64,000 nt of DNA from Antechinus flavipes (lineage: Eukaryota): contig NC_067399.1 in the NCBI RefSeq assembly GCF_016432865.1, positions 3,596,001 to 3,660,000 of the forward strand, in the 5' to 3' direction. Of the stretch, positions 22,200 to 34,730 are shown piece after piece. The first letter of the stretch is position 1. Every line of letters starts with the position of its first letter. A model generated the notes under the pieces. That model saw nothing but the letters and a program-made list of their open reading frames with translations. It searched no databases and was not told where the DNA came from. Both the position numbers and the translations under genes were made by a program.

Positions 22200-22400
22200 G
22201 TGCAGGAAGACCTGCGTTAGAATCTGCAATACTTCCCGTGACCCTGTGTGACCTCTGGCTGCCTCCATTTCTCCATCTGTAAAATTAGGGTGTTGAAGGC
22301 ACCTCCTGCCAGGGTTGTTGTAAGGCTCGGGAGAGCTAAAACACGAAAAGTGTTTTTGCAAAATGTAAAACCATTGAAATGGAAGCTATTAGAATGCACA
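22200..22400 (+). mobile_element. MIR
   Basis: 'tttctccatctgtaaaattaggg...cagggttgttgtaagg'. Confidence 0.75.
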
Positions 22401-23029
22401 GAACAATCAGCTGCCAAGGGGTGTCCACAGTCCCTCTCGCCAGCTCTGGGATGCGCCCCCCTCTCCACACTCCCACAGCCGTCACCCTGGCCAGAGGCTC
22501 ATCTCCTCTCACTGGACTCTGGCCTCTCTGCCTCCAGTCTGCCTCCGTCCACTCTAATGCTATTCTTCCTAAAGTCCGCGTCTAATCAGCTCTCCCTCAC
22601 TCCTCCAGAAGCTCCAGGAGACTCAGCTACCAAAGGAGATGCTGAGGGGAAGCCTTTCAGAAGTGGTCTTGAGCAGATGCTGTTCTTGTCCTGAGCCTTC
22701 TCTTTCTCCCTCACTTCCATCTCCTGCCTCCGAGCCTTCCTCGGAGCTGTCTCCTATCCCCAGGCTGAAGCCCTCCTTCACCTCTGCTCCTTGGGACCTT
22801 TTCTTTCCTTCAGTACCTAGCTGAGGTGCCACCCTCTCCTTCGTGGACACCTCTTCGGACCCCCCACAGCCCAGGTCCTTGGGGTTTAGCCCCTCTGGGC
22901 TGTCTTGTCTCTATTGAAAATATGTTGCTTCATCTTCTTTTCTCACCAGCTGCTGCTGGGCTTCTTGGGGGAGATACAGGATTCTCTCTTAGTTGTACTG
23001 AGATTTCTTTTCCTAGTGGGGGAGCTCAG

Positions 23030-23490
23030 TGAGTCAGTCAATAAATGCGTATTAAGTGCCTACTATGTGCTGGGCACTGTCTGAGTGCTGGGGGTTCCAA
23101 AGAAAAGAAAAAAGACAATCCTTAGTCTCAAAGAGTTTACGATCTAATGTGGGGAGGGGAGAATGACATGTACAAACAAACCAGCCACTGAGTGGATTGG
23201 AGATGCTGAAAAGAGCGGAGCAGGAGTATTCAGGGAGGTCTGAGAAAGGCTTCTCGTGGAAGAGGAGATATAGCCAGGGGGCCACTGGGAATGTTGGTAC
23301 GAGTGGATGGAAAGAGCCAAGGGAAGGCAGGCTCCGAAGGCAGCCACTGGACGGACACCAAATGAGGGCTTTATATTTGCTTCTGGAGGCACCTGGGAGC
23401 CCCTGGAGTTTATGCAGGGAGGCGGAGAGAGGAATATGATGAGCCCTGAGCTTCAGGAAGAACATGTGACAACTGAGTGAAGGCAGGGGA
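23030..23490 (-). mobile_element. L2 3' end
   Basis: 'tcagtcaataaatgcgtattaagtgcctactatgtgctgggcactg'. Confidence 0.8.
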
Positions 23491-26400
23491 TGCTGCGTAT
23501 TTTCTGCTGTCAATGTTTATTGTTTGGTATTTTCTCATCTGTATAGAAGGACAAGATACTGGCTTGTCTTTGCAGCGAACTAGCAATATATTCACTGCAT
23601 TCTTTTTTAAAATAGCAATAAATTTTAACTAGCTATGCTGCCTGTGATATTATTAAGCTGGAAATCTCTTTTGTTTCTGGAAAAATATAACTGTACTGCA
23701 AGACTCAGTACAGCACAGTAAAATTTAAGGTACAGAATCTTCTAGCTGAGGTACCACAAAAAATGTGTATAAGCTCACATCCACAAATGTTTGGGGAGTA
23801 TGAATACCTGTAAATATAGCCCCTCTCTGACCAGCCTCATGGCCCCAGGCTTCCCCTTCCTTCAGGCAGAAATCAAAGTCTCCAGGGGAGAAGGGTGGGT
23901 AGAGATATCTATTCATTTCTTTTTTTAAATCACGTCGAGACAGACACGTGGGCATATATAACCTAAGTAATGTGTGCACACATCCACACTCACCCAAACA
24001 CACACTCACACATATATTCTCATACACACATACACAATTTACACCCACACACATCCCTACCCATGTTTCATAGACAAAGAACAGTGCTTGGGTCCGGGAA
24101 GCCACAAGGATGGAGAGGGGGACTCTAGGCAGGACACTGACAAACCTTTCAAGGACAAGGCAGGTTGAATGTTCTCAGTGTGAGAGGAGAAAAGGGAGAT
24201 GTGGAAAGCTATGGGGCAGCTGCTGATGAAGAGAGAATTCATGCTTGGGTGTGATGGGGGCAGATCTCCCCAGTCAAGAAGCTCAGGGGAGTCCAGATCT
24301 CCGGAGCCTGGTCTCAGGGGGTCTGGTCCAGGGGATGAACCAGCTAGAGGAAGGTGAGCAGATCCTTGGCCAGCTCTCATCTTGGCTGACTTCCTGAAGA
24401 TACCTGCCCACAGGACTGGGCTCTTCAGAGCTGCTCAGAAGGCAGAGGGCCCTCAACTGGGGAGCAGGGATAGCCCAGGCTCCAGATGTCACACCTTCCC
24501 ATAATCAGCCTTGCAGGCTTTTGACCAATGGAGCCAGGATGACAATCTATTATCCCAAGGGATGGCTGTGCTGTTCTAGTCAGTTTTTAATCTCCAGAAT
24601 CTGTTTTGTATCTTGTTTGGCTTCAGGACAGAGGAAGGTGAAGGTTTTTCACCTATTCTGTAAGTTGAGAAGACTGCAGGAAATTCAATGGCAATGAAAC
24701 CAAACTGGGGAGAGACTGGGTGCTGGAGAGAGGTGCATAGAAATGACAGAGATGGCAGTAGAAACAGAGACTCACTGGCAGAGGGGGAGTGGGCAGAGGA
24801 AGCTTGACTCATCTACTTCACCTAGGAATTCTAAACAGAAATTCTCAGGTAGCTGGGGGTCCTTATGGTTCACCCATAAAGTCTGTCTACATCTCATTTC
24901 TGGAGATGTTTCTCCTAGCCTTCTCAGGAGTCTGAAGCTGGGCCAACCACCTGGGTTTTAGTCAGTCAATCAACAAGCATTTATCAGATCAATGAATTGA
25001 GCATGCAACTTAAAAAAAAAAAAACTAGAAAAAGAACAAATTAAATATCCCCAGTGGAGTACCAAATAGGGAAGCCTGAAAACTCATGGTAAGATTAATA
25101 AAATTGAAAATAAGAAGACTATTGAGGTAATAAATAAAACTAGGAGTTGGTTTTATGAGGGGAAAACTCCAATAAGATAGGTAAGTCATTGGTTAATTTG
25201 ATTTTTTTAAAAAAGAAAGAAACTAAATATTCAATATCAAAAATGAAGAGTCAAATCACCACCAATGAAGAAATTAAATCAATCATTAATAAATATTTTT
25301 TCTGTTATTACATGCCAATAAATCTGAAATCTGAGCAAAATCACTGAATATTTATGAAATAAATTACTCATTTTAACAGATCAGAAAATTGAATGCCTAA
25401 ATTACTCTATCTTAGAAAAGGAAGTTGAACAAATCATCAATGAATTACTTTAAAAAAAAGCCCCAAGGCCAGATGGGTTCACAAGTGAATTTTACCAAAC
25501 ATTTAAAGAACACTAATTTTAATACTATATAAACTATTTGGAAAATAGGCAAAGGAATCCTACCAATTCCTTCTGTGACACAAATATAGTGCTGATACCT
25601 AAAATAGAAAAAGAAAACTACAGACCACTTTTCTTAATGGAGATAACAGCAATATGCCACAAGGATCATACATTATGATTAGTGGGATTTACACCAGTTA
25701 TACAGGGTTGGTTCAATATTTCAAAAAATTATCAACATAATTGACCATACCGATAACAATATTCTATGATTATCTCAATCGGTGCTGAAAAAAGGTTTTG
25801 ACAAAATACAGTATCATTCCTATTAAAAACGCCAGAGAGCAGAGGAATAAAGGGAATATTCCTTAGATAAACATCAGCTATCTAAAACTATAGAAGACAT
25901 TATCTATAATGGGAATAAGCTAGATGCCTTCCCAGTAAGATCAGGGGTGAAGCTAGGCTGCCCATTTTCATTACTGTTATTCAATATTATACTAGAACTG
26001 TTCGCTTTAACAATAAAAGAAGAAAAATAAATTGAAGGATTTAGAACGAGCAGTGAGGAAACAAAGCTATCACTCTTTGCAGATGATATGATGGTATACT
26101 TCAAGAATTGTAGAGAATCAACTAAAAAACTATTTGAAATAACTAAAAACGTTAGCAAAATTGCAGGATGTAAAATATCCACATAAATCATCAGCATTTC
26201 TATAAGTAACCAACAAAGCCCAGCAATAAAGATAGAAAGAGAATTTCCATTTAAAATAATCATGAACAATATAAAATATTTGTGAATCTATCTGCTAAAA
26301 TAAGTCCAAGAACTATATGAACACAATTACAAAACACTTCACACAAATAAGGTAAGATCTAAGCAATTGGAAAAATCATTGCTCATGGATAGGCCAAGCT

Positions 26401-27480
26401 AATATAATAAAAATGATAGTCCTGCCTAACCTCATTTACTTATTCAGTGCCACACCAACCAAACTACCAAAAATTATTTGATAGATGAAGAAAAAGTACT
26501 CAAAACTCAGCCGAAAAACCAAAAGGTCAACAATATCAAGAAAATTAATGGAGGAAATGCAAAAGAAGGTAGCCTAGCAATACCAGACCTTAAACTATAT
26601 TATAAAAAAGTACTCATTAAAGCTATATGGTACTAGCTAAGAAACAGAAGATAAATCAGTGGAATAAATTAGGTACACAAGACACACAGTAGTAAATTAC
26701 CATAGTAGCCTTGTCTTTGATAAACTCAAAAATAAGGCTCTGGGAAAGGAATTCAATATTTGACAAAAATCTACTGGGAAAAGTAGAAAAGAATATGGCA
26801 CAAACTAGGCATAAACCAACATCCTATACTTTATACCAAGGTAAGATCAAAATGGGTACATGATTTAGACATAAGAGTTGATACCATAAGCAAATTGGAA
26901 GAGCAATGATTAGTCTAGCTGTCAGATCTATGGGAAAGGGAAGAATTTATAACAAAAAGCATAGAGCATTATGAAATGTAATACAGAAATTTTTTATTAT
27001 ATTAAATTTAAAAGATTTTGCAAAAATAAAGCCAGTGCAACCAAAATTAGAAGGAAAGCACGAAGGTGAGAAACAATCTTTACAGCAAGCCTGATAAAGG
27101 TTTTAGTTCTTAGATGTGTACAAAACTGAGTCAAACTTATAAGAATACAAACCATTCCCCAATTGACAAATGGCCAAAGGATATGAACAGTTTTCAGATA
27201 AAGAAACTAAAACTATTTATGATTGTATGAAGAAATGCTCTAAATCACTTTTGATTAGAGAAACGCAAATTAAAACAACTCTGAGGTGCCACATCATAAC
27301 TATCACATTGGCTAATATGACAAAAGAAAAATGATAAATGTTGAAGAAGATGTGGGAAAAACCGGGACACTAATGTACTGTTGATGGAGTTGTGAACTGA
27401 TCCAACCATTTCAGAGAGCAATTTGTAACTCTAGCCAAAGGTCAACCAAATTGTGCACACCCTTTGATCCAGCAATACCA

Positions 27481-27957
27481 TTCTTAAGATCTCTCTTAAG
27501 AACTTTGAAACTGGTGTGACACGTGGAAGACACTGGCACAGGATCACCCAGTATGGCATGCGCTCATCAGAGAAGCTTCTGTTCTCTGTAAGCAAGCAGA
27601 ATTGAAGTAGCTCAAAAGAAATGTGAGGGGGCAGCTAGATGGTGCAGTGGATAGAGCACCAGGTCTGGAGCCAGGAGGACCTGAATTCAAATCCAACTTC
27701 AGATACTTTAACACTTCCTAGCTGTGTGACGCTGGACAAGTCATTTAACCCCAACTGCCTTTTAAAAAGAAAAAAATGTGAGCTGTGAAAATGTAGAGAA
27801 TCCATGTACACATGGACTATGTATACCCATCCTGTGGTAGAACATTCTGATTGGACACACTATAACTAGACTCTAAGATAGTGATTGTCATTAATTAACA
27901 CAATGATATCATTTTGGTCCTCTTTGAGAATGAGGGACAACAACCCAGAAACCAACA
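27481..27957 (+). mobile_element. RTE LINE 3' end inserted in L1
   Basis: 'gcgctcatcagagaag...gcagaattgaagtagctcaaaagaaa' and 'cattttggtcctctttgagaatgagggacaacaacc' resemble the marsupial RTE terminus. The L1 text 'ccagcaatacc|actactaggtctg' is split around it. Confidence 0.8.
27628..27773 (+). mobile_element. WSINE1-type tRNA-derived SINE inserted in RTE
   Basis: 'ggggcagctagatggtgcagtggatagagcacc...ccccaactgcct' plus A-tail. TSD aaatgtgag at 27619-27627 and 27774-27782. Confidence 0.9.
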
Positions 27958-28679
27958 ACCACTACTAGGTCTGTATCCCAAAGAGATCATTTAAAAGAGG
28001 GAAAGAATTACATGTATAAAAACATTTAAAGCAGCTTTTTATGTGGTGGCAAAAAAAATGGAAATTGGGGGAATTCCCATCAACTGTGGAATCCTGAACA
28101 AGCTGTAGCATTTGAATGAAATGGAATGCTATTTTGCAATAAGAAATGATGAGCAGACAGATTTCAAACAAAATCTGAAAAGACTTGCATGAAGAGATAC
28201 AAAATGAAATGAGCAGAAGCAGAAAAGCATTGTATGCAGTATGAGTAATATTATGTATTGATCAACTATGACTGACTCAACTCTCCAAGGCAAGTACAAA
28301 AGACTCATCATGGAAAATGCTATTTTCGCTTTCCTTTTTTCATGGTTTTTCCCCCTTGTGATCTGTTTCTTTCTTCACAGGATTGCTAATATGAGATTAT
28401 GTTTCACATGATTGTACATATAAAACCTTTATCAAATTGCTTACTAGTTTTTAAGAAGAGGGGAGAGAGAAAAATTTGGAACTCAAAATTCTCTAAAAAT
28501 GAATATTTTAAATTATCTTTACATATCATTGCAAAAAAATAAGATGCTATTAAAAAAGAAGAAAAGAATCATTGGATTTCTTGAAAACCATGATTAAAAA
28601 GAAATTTAGACTTACATTTTTAAAAATCATAAATGAAAACTGTTCAGATCTATTAGAACCAGAGGACACAGTGGGGGGT

Positions 28680-28900
28680 AAAAAGAACCCACTGGTCACA
28701 GTCTGATAGGAAGTCCAAGGGCGAAAGTCCCAGGATTATTCTACACAAAATCTAGAGCCCCTGTGTTAAAGTACTATTATTATAAAGTTCCAGAAAAAAA
28801 AAAGCAGTTAAGAATTGAGAAATTCCAGGCAGGATCACATAAGATCTGACAGCTTCAACAATAAACTCCAGCAGAATGGGAGGATGAGAACAAGTTGTTC
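28680..28900 (+). mobile_element. L1 ORF1 remnant
   Basis: 'caggatcacataagatctgacagcttcaacaataaa' resembles the marsupial L1 ORF1 C-terminal region. Confidence 0.55.
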
Positions 28901-31181
28901 TGAAGCAGGCACCGTGGAGACTTACAGCTTGGTCAAGCGTGGAAGATGCCAAGGTCATACACTATATTCAGGGCCATCACCAGTCATCCTGACTTTTGTC
29001 TTGCCACAGGACTCTGATGGCTCAGGAAGATTTTGCACAGTTCTGTCTCCCTTAAATCCAACTCATGCTCAAGCTAAGACATCGCCTGTGATGTTGCTGA
29101 TTTTCTTTAAAATGAAGGACAAACAACAATCACCTCTGTGTGTGTGTCTCTCTGTCTCTGTATCTTACTGTCTCTGTCTCTCACTCCTCTCTCTGTCTCT
29201 CTAATTCTGTCTCCATGTTATCTATACTTATTTCTATTTCTGTAAAGAGATGTTTTTATTTATCTAACTGGTTTCAGCTTTCCCCCATCACTGTTGTTTC
29301 TGAAGCAAATCAGTTCTAAGTGCAACAGCAAATACTTCTGTCCACACTTGAGCATTTCTTCCCTTTCCCACTGGCCCAAGATTAGCACCCCTTTCCTGAA
29401 GCCCCAGTTCCTCAGCCCCAACAATGAGTGAAAACCTTCGAAAGAAGTGATTGATGACGAATGCTCAGCCCAGCTTTGACCCTGGAATGGATATGGTTTT
29501 TATTACTGGACAGAAAGGCAGTGCATGACCACCTGTTTTGCTAGTGCACCCTAAGGCTGTGAAGCCTCCCTATCGGCCCCCAGGGGACTCTCCTCCTCCT
29601 TGTAGGAAGGAGCTTCTGGAGGACAGTGCTCTTGTGTCTACACAATAAATGCTTTCACGTCCATCTGTTTATTCTTCTCAACCTTTCCCCACGAGCCGGT
29701 GAATTTGAGGGACGGGAAGCCGGCTCAGGGTGGCTGGGCAGCCTCACTTTTCCAGCACTTTGCTTTCGATCTCGATTAAATCCTTTGCTATTCACTCCCA
29801 GTCCCTGCCTGGCCTGTTACTGGGAGGGACCAAATTTGTGGTTGATCTACTAAGTAAATCTCCATGGAAACAAGAAATGCAAGCAGCACAACGCAGGGGT
29901 CTTTTTTCTTCCTCAAAATTCTTGTGGAATCGCAGAGTTAGAGGTGACTTTGGAGTCCGGCCTCTTCAGGTCAGCTCCGCGGGCCTCGGAGCGCTGGCGG
30001 GGATCCCCCGGGGGAAGAGATGGAAGAGGTGGGTCCGCCCTAAAGCACAGGAAAGGAGGGCGGCACTGGGGTGATCCGAGTGGCCCGGCTCCCAGCTCAG
30101 GCTTCTCCCTCCCAGTCTCTCCGGAGACAGAGCGCTCTCCCCCACACAGGGACCAACATCCTCCCTGTTCTGAGGTCGGGCCTGCACAGAGGCTAAGCGT
30201 GGCAGGAAAGGATGGAAGGGACGCCTTGGGCAGGGGGAGAGCCCCCCGGAAGAGCTTGGTCCTTGGTCTCTGGTCTGATTGAGGGCAGGGAGGCTTTGCG
30301 TCCCAGCTCCTCGAGCTCAAGGCCAGCGCAGCTCTCCAGCGGGACGTAGAGACGTAGGGAGCTCGGGTGGCTCGCCTTCCGGGGGGAGGCCGGGAGCCCA
30401 GGGGCCTCGGCTCCCGCCCTCTTCACGTCCGGCCCTCCCGCGGTCACGAGGGACGTGATGAAGCCCCGGGCGCCGGCTTCTCCCACGAGAGTTTGTCCAG
30501 AGTCGTTGACATCTGCTGGGGGAGGAGAGCCGGCGGGTATGGCCGCGTGTGATGTGCCCGGGCCGGGGCCCGGATTTGTCGCGGGATCCCAGCTCTGGCC
30601 TTTTCTTATTAAACGGTTGAAGCCTGAGCTCGGCCCTGCAAAAACCCAGCTGTGCAAGGCACGTGCCCGTTTCCTCCCCGGGGTTTTCCCGCCTCTTCCT
30701 GCTTCCCAGACAGACACCTCTCCGGGAGCACCGAGAGGCCCGCGGCCTCCTGGGCCTCATTACTGGGGCTTTGGGAGGAGGTCCTGGAAGGCCGGTTGAG
30801 GAGGGGATGGAATGAGCGCCCGAAGTCCAAGGGCGCACACGCCTCCCTCCCGGCGATCCAGGGAAGCGGCTGCGACCGAGGCAAGCCCAGGGAAGTGGCG
30901 GCCACTGAGGCTAGCCCAGGGAAGCGGCGGCGATCGAGGCTAGCTCCTCTCCGACACACAGACAGCCCTAAGTGAGAGAGCCGGAGTCCGGGATCAAGGG
31001 AACCCTTACAGCTTCCCCGATCTGACTCGCTCCAGAAGGGCGCAGTAGTGGTCAGTGGGCACCCCAAGGGTAAATCCTAGAGTCACGCCTGGCTGTCCCG
31101 GCCGGACCATTCCCTAAGAGAAGCTAAGGCTTCTGGGAAGCCGGAGGGGGATGGAAGGCATCCCTTAAGCGGCTCCTCAGA

Positions 31182-32358
31182 CCATTACTGATCACAAAAT
31201 AGAAAATTTCGACTACATCAAATTAAAAAGCCTTTGTACAAATAAAACTAATGCAAACAAGATTAGTAGGGAAGCAACAAACTGGGAAAACATTTTCACA
31301 GTTAAAGTTCTGATAAAGGCCTCATTTCCAAAATGTATAGAGAACTGACTCAAATTTATAAGAAATCAAGCCATTCTCCAATTGATAAATGGTCAAAGCA
31401 TATGAACAGACAATTTTCAGAGGATGAAATTGAAACTATTACCACTCATATGAAAGAGTGTTCCAAATCATTATTGATCAGAGAAATGCAAATTAAGACA
31501 ACTCTGAGATACCACTACACACCTGTCAGATTGGCTAAGATGACAGGAAAAAATAATGATGAATGTTGGAGGGGATGCGGGAAAACTGGGACACTAATGC
31601 ATTGTTGGTGGAGTTGTGAACGAATCCAACCATTCTGGAGAGCAATCTGGAATTATGCCCAAAAAATTATCAAATTGTGCATACCCTTTGATCCAGCAGT
31701 GTTTCTATTGGGCTTATATCCCAAAGAAATACTAAAGAAGGGAAAGGGACCTGTATGTGCCAAAATGTTTGTAGCAGCCCTGTTTGTAGTGGCCAGAAAT
31801 TGGAAAATGAAAGGATGCCCATCAATTGGAGAATGGCTGGGTAAATTGTGGTCTATGAATGTTATGGAATAGTATTGTTCTGTAAGGAATGACCAGCAGG
31901 ATGAATACAGAGAGGACTGGCGAGACTTACATGAACTGATGCTAAGTGAAATGAGCAGAACCAGGAGATCATTATACACTTCGACAACAATATTGTATGA
32001 GGACATATTTTGATGGAAGTGGATTTCTTTGACAAAGAGACCTGAGTTTCAATGGATAAATGACGGACAAAAGCAGCTACACCCAAAGAAAGAACACTGG
32101 GAAACGAATGTGAACTATCTGAATTTTTGTTTTTCTTCCCGGGTCATTTATACCTTCTGAATCCAATTCTCCCTATGCAACAAGAGAACTGTTCGGTTCT
32201 GCAAACAGATATTGTATCTAGGATATACTGCAACATATCCAACATATAAAGGACTGCTTGCCATCTAGGGGAGGGGGGGAGGGAGGGAGGGGAAAAAAAA
32301 ATCGGAACAGAAACGAGTGTCAATATAAAGTAATTATTAAATAAAAAATTAAAAAAAA
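31182..32358 (+). mobile_element. Young 5'-truncated L1 (~1.18 kb) with 15-bp TSD
   Basis: Perfect TSD aagcggctcctcaga at 31167-31181 and 32359-32373, a TT/AA endonuclease-type site, a 3' UTR and an A-tail. Confidence 0.97.
31190..31872 (+). pseudogene. L1 ORF2p C-terminal remnant (CCHC Cys-rich domain)
   Basis: ORF 31333-31872 contains CWRGCGKTGTLMHCWWSC (CX3CX7HX4C). There is an apparent 1-nt deletion near 31306 and a premature TAG at 31870. Confidence 0.93.
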
Positions 32359-33032
32359 AAGCGGCTCCTCAGAAGTAACAACACTCGGCCTAGGGCGCTC
32401 AGACCTCTCGGGGCTTTCACTGGGGAGGGGGCGGCTACTAGAGCTCCACCGAGAGGAACGTACAAATATAAACGCATTCAGTGCATGGGGAGAAGTTTGT
32501 CGAGTTCAAATTTTAAAGGATATTTTCCCAAGAACTTTTTTAGTCCTGGCTTCGGGGATTTCGAGCTGGGAGAGCTGGCGGAGGCCTCTGGCCCAGTCCC
32601 CGAATTTTACAGAGGAGGAAACTGAAGGATATTCCCACATAGCGTCCCAGCAAGTCGGCAAACAGCCCCAGGATCCAATGGGATAATACGGCACACCCTT
32701 CACATAGAGCCCGGCGCACAGTAGGGCTTATAGAATGCTTGCTCAAGAAATGCTAGCTCTTACCTATTAGAGAGCACTTAGCACAGTGCCTGGCCCATAG
32801 TAGGCGCTGCATAAATGCTAACTCGCATTATGAGCTCAGCTCCACCCATTCAGCCCAGTAGTCTCAGTGTTGCTCTGCCGGATATTACAGGCCAGCCCTG
32901 AGAGGGGGCCACAGCAAACGTGCTGGATTCCGAAATGGCTCTGGAGGAGATGCATCTTCCAAGGCTCTTTTCCAACAAGCCGGGTCTCTATACATCAAAC
33001 TGATGCAATATTTTTTGAAATATACAATATAG

Positions 33033-33176
33033 GGACAGCTAATTGGTGCAGTGGGTAGAGCACCAGCCCTGAGCCAGGAGGACCTGAGTACAAATATGAT
33101 CTCAGACATTTACCACTTCCTAGCCTGTGAGCCTGGGCAAGTCACTTAACCCCAACTGCCTCAGCAAGAAAGAAAA
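33033..33176 (+). mobile_element. WSINE1-type SINE
   Basis: 'ggacagctaattggtgcagtgggtagagcaccagccctgagccaggaggacctgag...ccccaactgcctc'. Decayed TSD-like flanks gaaatatacaatatag / gaaatctcgactatag. Confidence 0.9.
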
Positions 33177-33849
33177 GAAATCTCGACTATAGGTGGCTCT
33201 GCTAATGGACATCAGGCAGGCCCTAAAATGGGGAGCCGTCTGCTCCCAAAAGTCTTTGCCACCGGGGGGAAGAAGCTCCCAAGCAGAGCCCAGGGGGAGG
33301 AGGGATTCCCCAGGTGGCAAGGCCCCCCAGATGCCATGTGTTGGACCAGCAGCAAGCTGCCTGGAACGTGACACAAACCCTCAGAAGTCCGTCACCAACT
33401 CAAATAGTCCACACAGGGAAGACTCCTGCCCTTAGCCTAGTGCCTGGTATATAGTAGGTGCTCAATAAATGCTTACCAGTTGATTAACTGAAAGGCCAAT
33501 GTGCGATGAGAGGGCTTCCAGGGACAAGATGGACAAGATGGGCAGGGAGGGAAGGGCTCTGATTTGCACCAGGATGGGAATATCCCGAGATGAGATCACA
33601 AATCTATCAGAATTTTGTTTCATTGTAATAAGTAAATTGTAGTTTCAAGAGCACGTTAAGGTCTGCAGATGCTTTACATACATTGTCTCTGTTGTTCCTC
33701 ACTGAAATTCGGGAAGGAGGTACTACTACTATTCCCATTTTACAGATGAGGAAACCCGACTGCCAGACTTTCAGAGCCCTTCATTCGCTGTTCTATATTC
33801 TATTTATTTGGGCACATCTCAGTCCTGGCCCCCATCCCGCAGAGGGAGG

Positions 33850-34730
33850 GGTCATTCCCTTCCACTCTCACTGGACAGTGCTGGACCTCGCGCCAGCTGA
33901 CCCACACTAGCTCTGCAGCGCCCCACGTGGTCAAGCCGCCATCTTCTTGTTCCAACCTCATCGCCAGTTCACTGGCCTGTGCCCAGATGTCAGCGGCCCC
34001 CATCTGTGGGTACGACCGGCCACTGGTCCGTCCCATCATGGCCCAAGGGCTCCCCAGACCCTCCTGACCGCAGGAAGGAGGGCAGCTCCCCTCCGGGAGT
34101 ACCAGGGAGGCCGCGGTGCACCCCCGGGAGCCGGGCTCTGGCAGTGAGAGATGTCCCGGCTGGCCGTGAAGCCCGAGGCCGGAGCGCGGGGATGGGCGCC
34201 CTCCTCCCCTTCCTCCTCCCTGCCAGGGCCCTGCTGAAACCTCCCTCTCAGGTGTGGGAGTGAGCCCGCCGCCCGGCTCTTCAAACCCGAGGAGATGGGA
34301 GCCGCGGCCTGGTTTATGGCCCTCCTGTAGATCGTTCCCAGCTCCGGCATTTGGGACATTTTTCCATTAAACCTCTATTTGATATTTTATGCGTCCCCCC
34401 ATAAAAGCCTGCGGCAGATTAATAGGCCCGGGCTGTTTATTTATAAGACAGCTGGTCTTCTTTGGGGCTGTTTTTATCATGGCAACGTCTGAGAGCGAGC
34501 GGCGTGGAGCTGCAGCCGGCGGCTCCACAAGGAGCCTCTGACATCAAACAGAAACCCAGAGACACAAAGGGTGACCCAGCCCGGGGACGGCGGCGGGGCT
34601 GCGGGGCACAGCGACCCTGGGGACGCGCGACTGCGGCCGGCGGCGGCGGGGACACAGACACGGTCCTGCTCGGGCCGCGGGGTCCCCGAGAACTCAGAGC
34701 CGGGGCTCTGGACTTAAACCAGGCCACGGC
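33850..34730. promoter_or_regulatory. CpG island with AT-rich enhancer-like core (34360-34560)
   Basis: Dense CpGs. Core motifs TTTTATG/CATAAAA, TGTTTAT, CATGGCAAC and ACATCAAAC. Confidence 0.65.

Larger units (their letters stand above)
24985..28560 (+). mobile_element. Old 5'-truncated L1 (ORF2 RT to 3' UTR), interrupted at 27481-27957
   Basis: RT motif FADDM at 26076-26090 and the C-terminal Cys region (about 27340-27400). Marsupial 3' UTR to about 28560. Many stops and frameshifts. Confidence 0.93.
29950..32620. promoter_or_regulatory. CpG island split by a young L1 (31182-32358)
   Basis: Very CpG-dense at 29950-31160, with GC-rich CpG-containing sequence resuming at 32374. Confidence 0.7.

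Noticed and set aside
25904-26269. 121-aa hydrophobic minus-strand ORF (also 31653-32006)
   Set aside because: Antisense reading of the A-rich L1 ORF2.
27628-27700. tRNA-like A/B-box sequence (also at 33033)
   Set aside because: Head of a tRNA-derived SINE with CORE, A-tail and TSD, not a tRNA gene.
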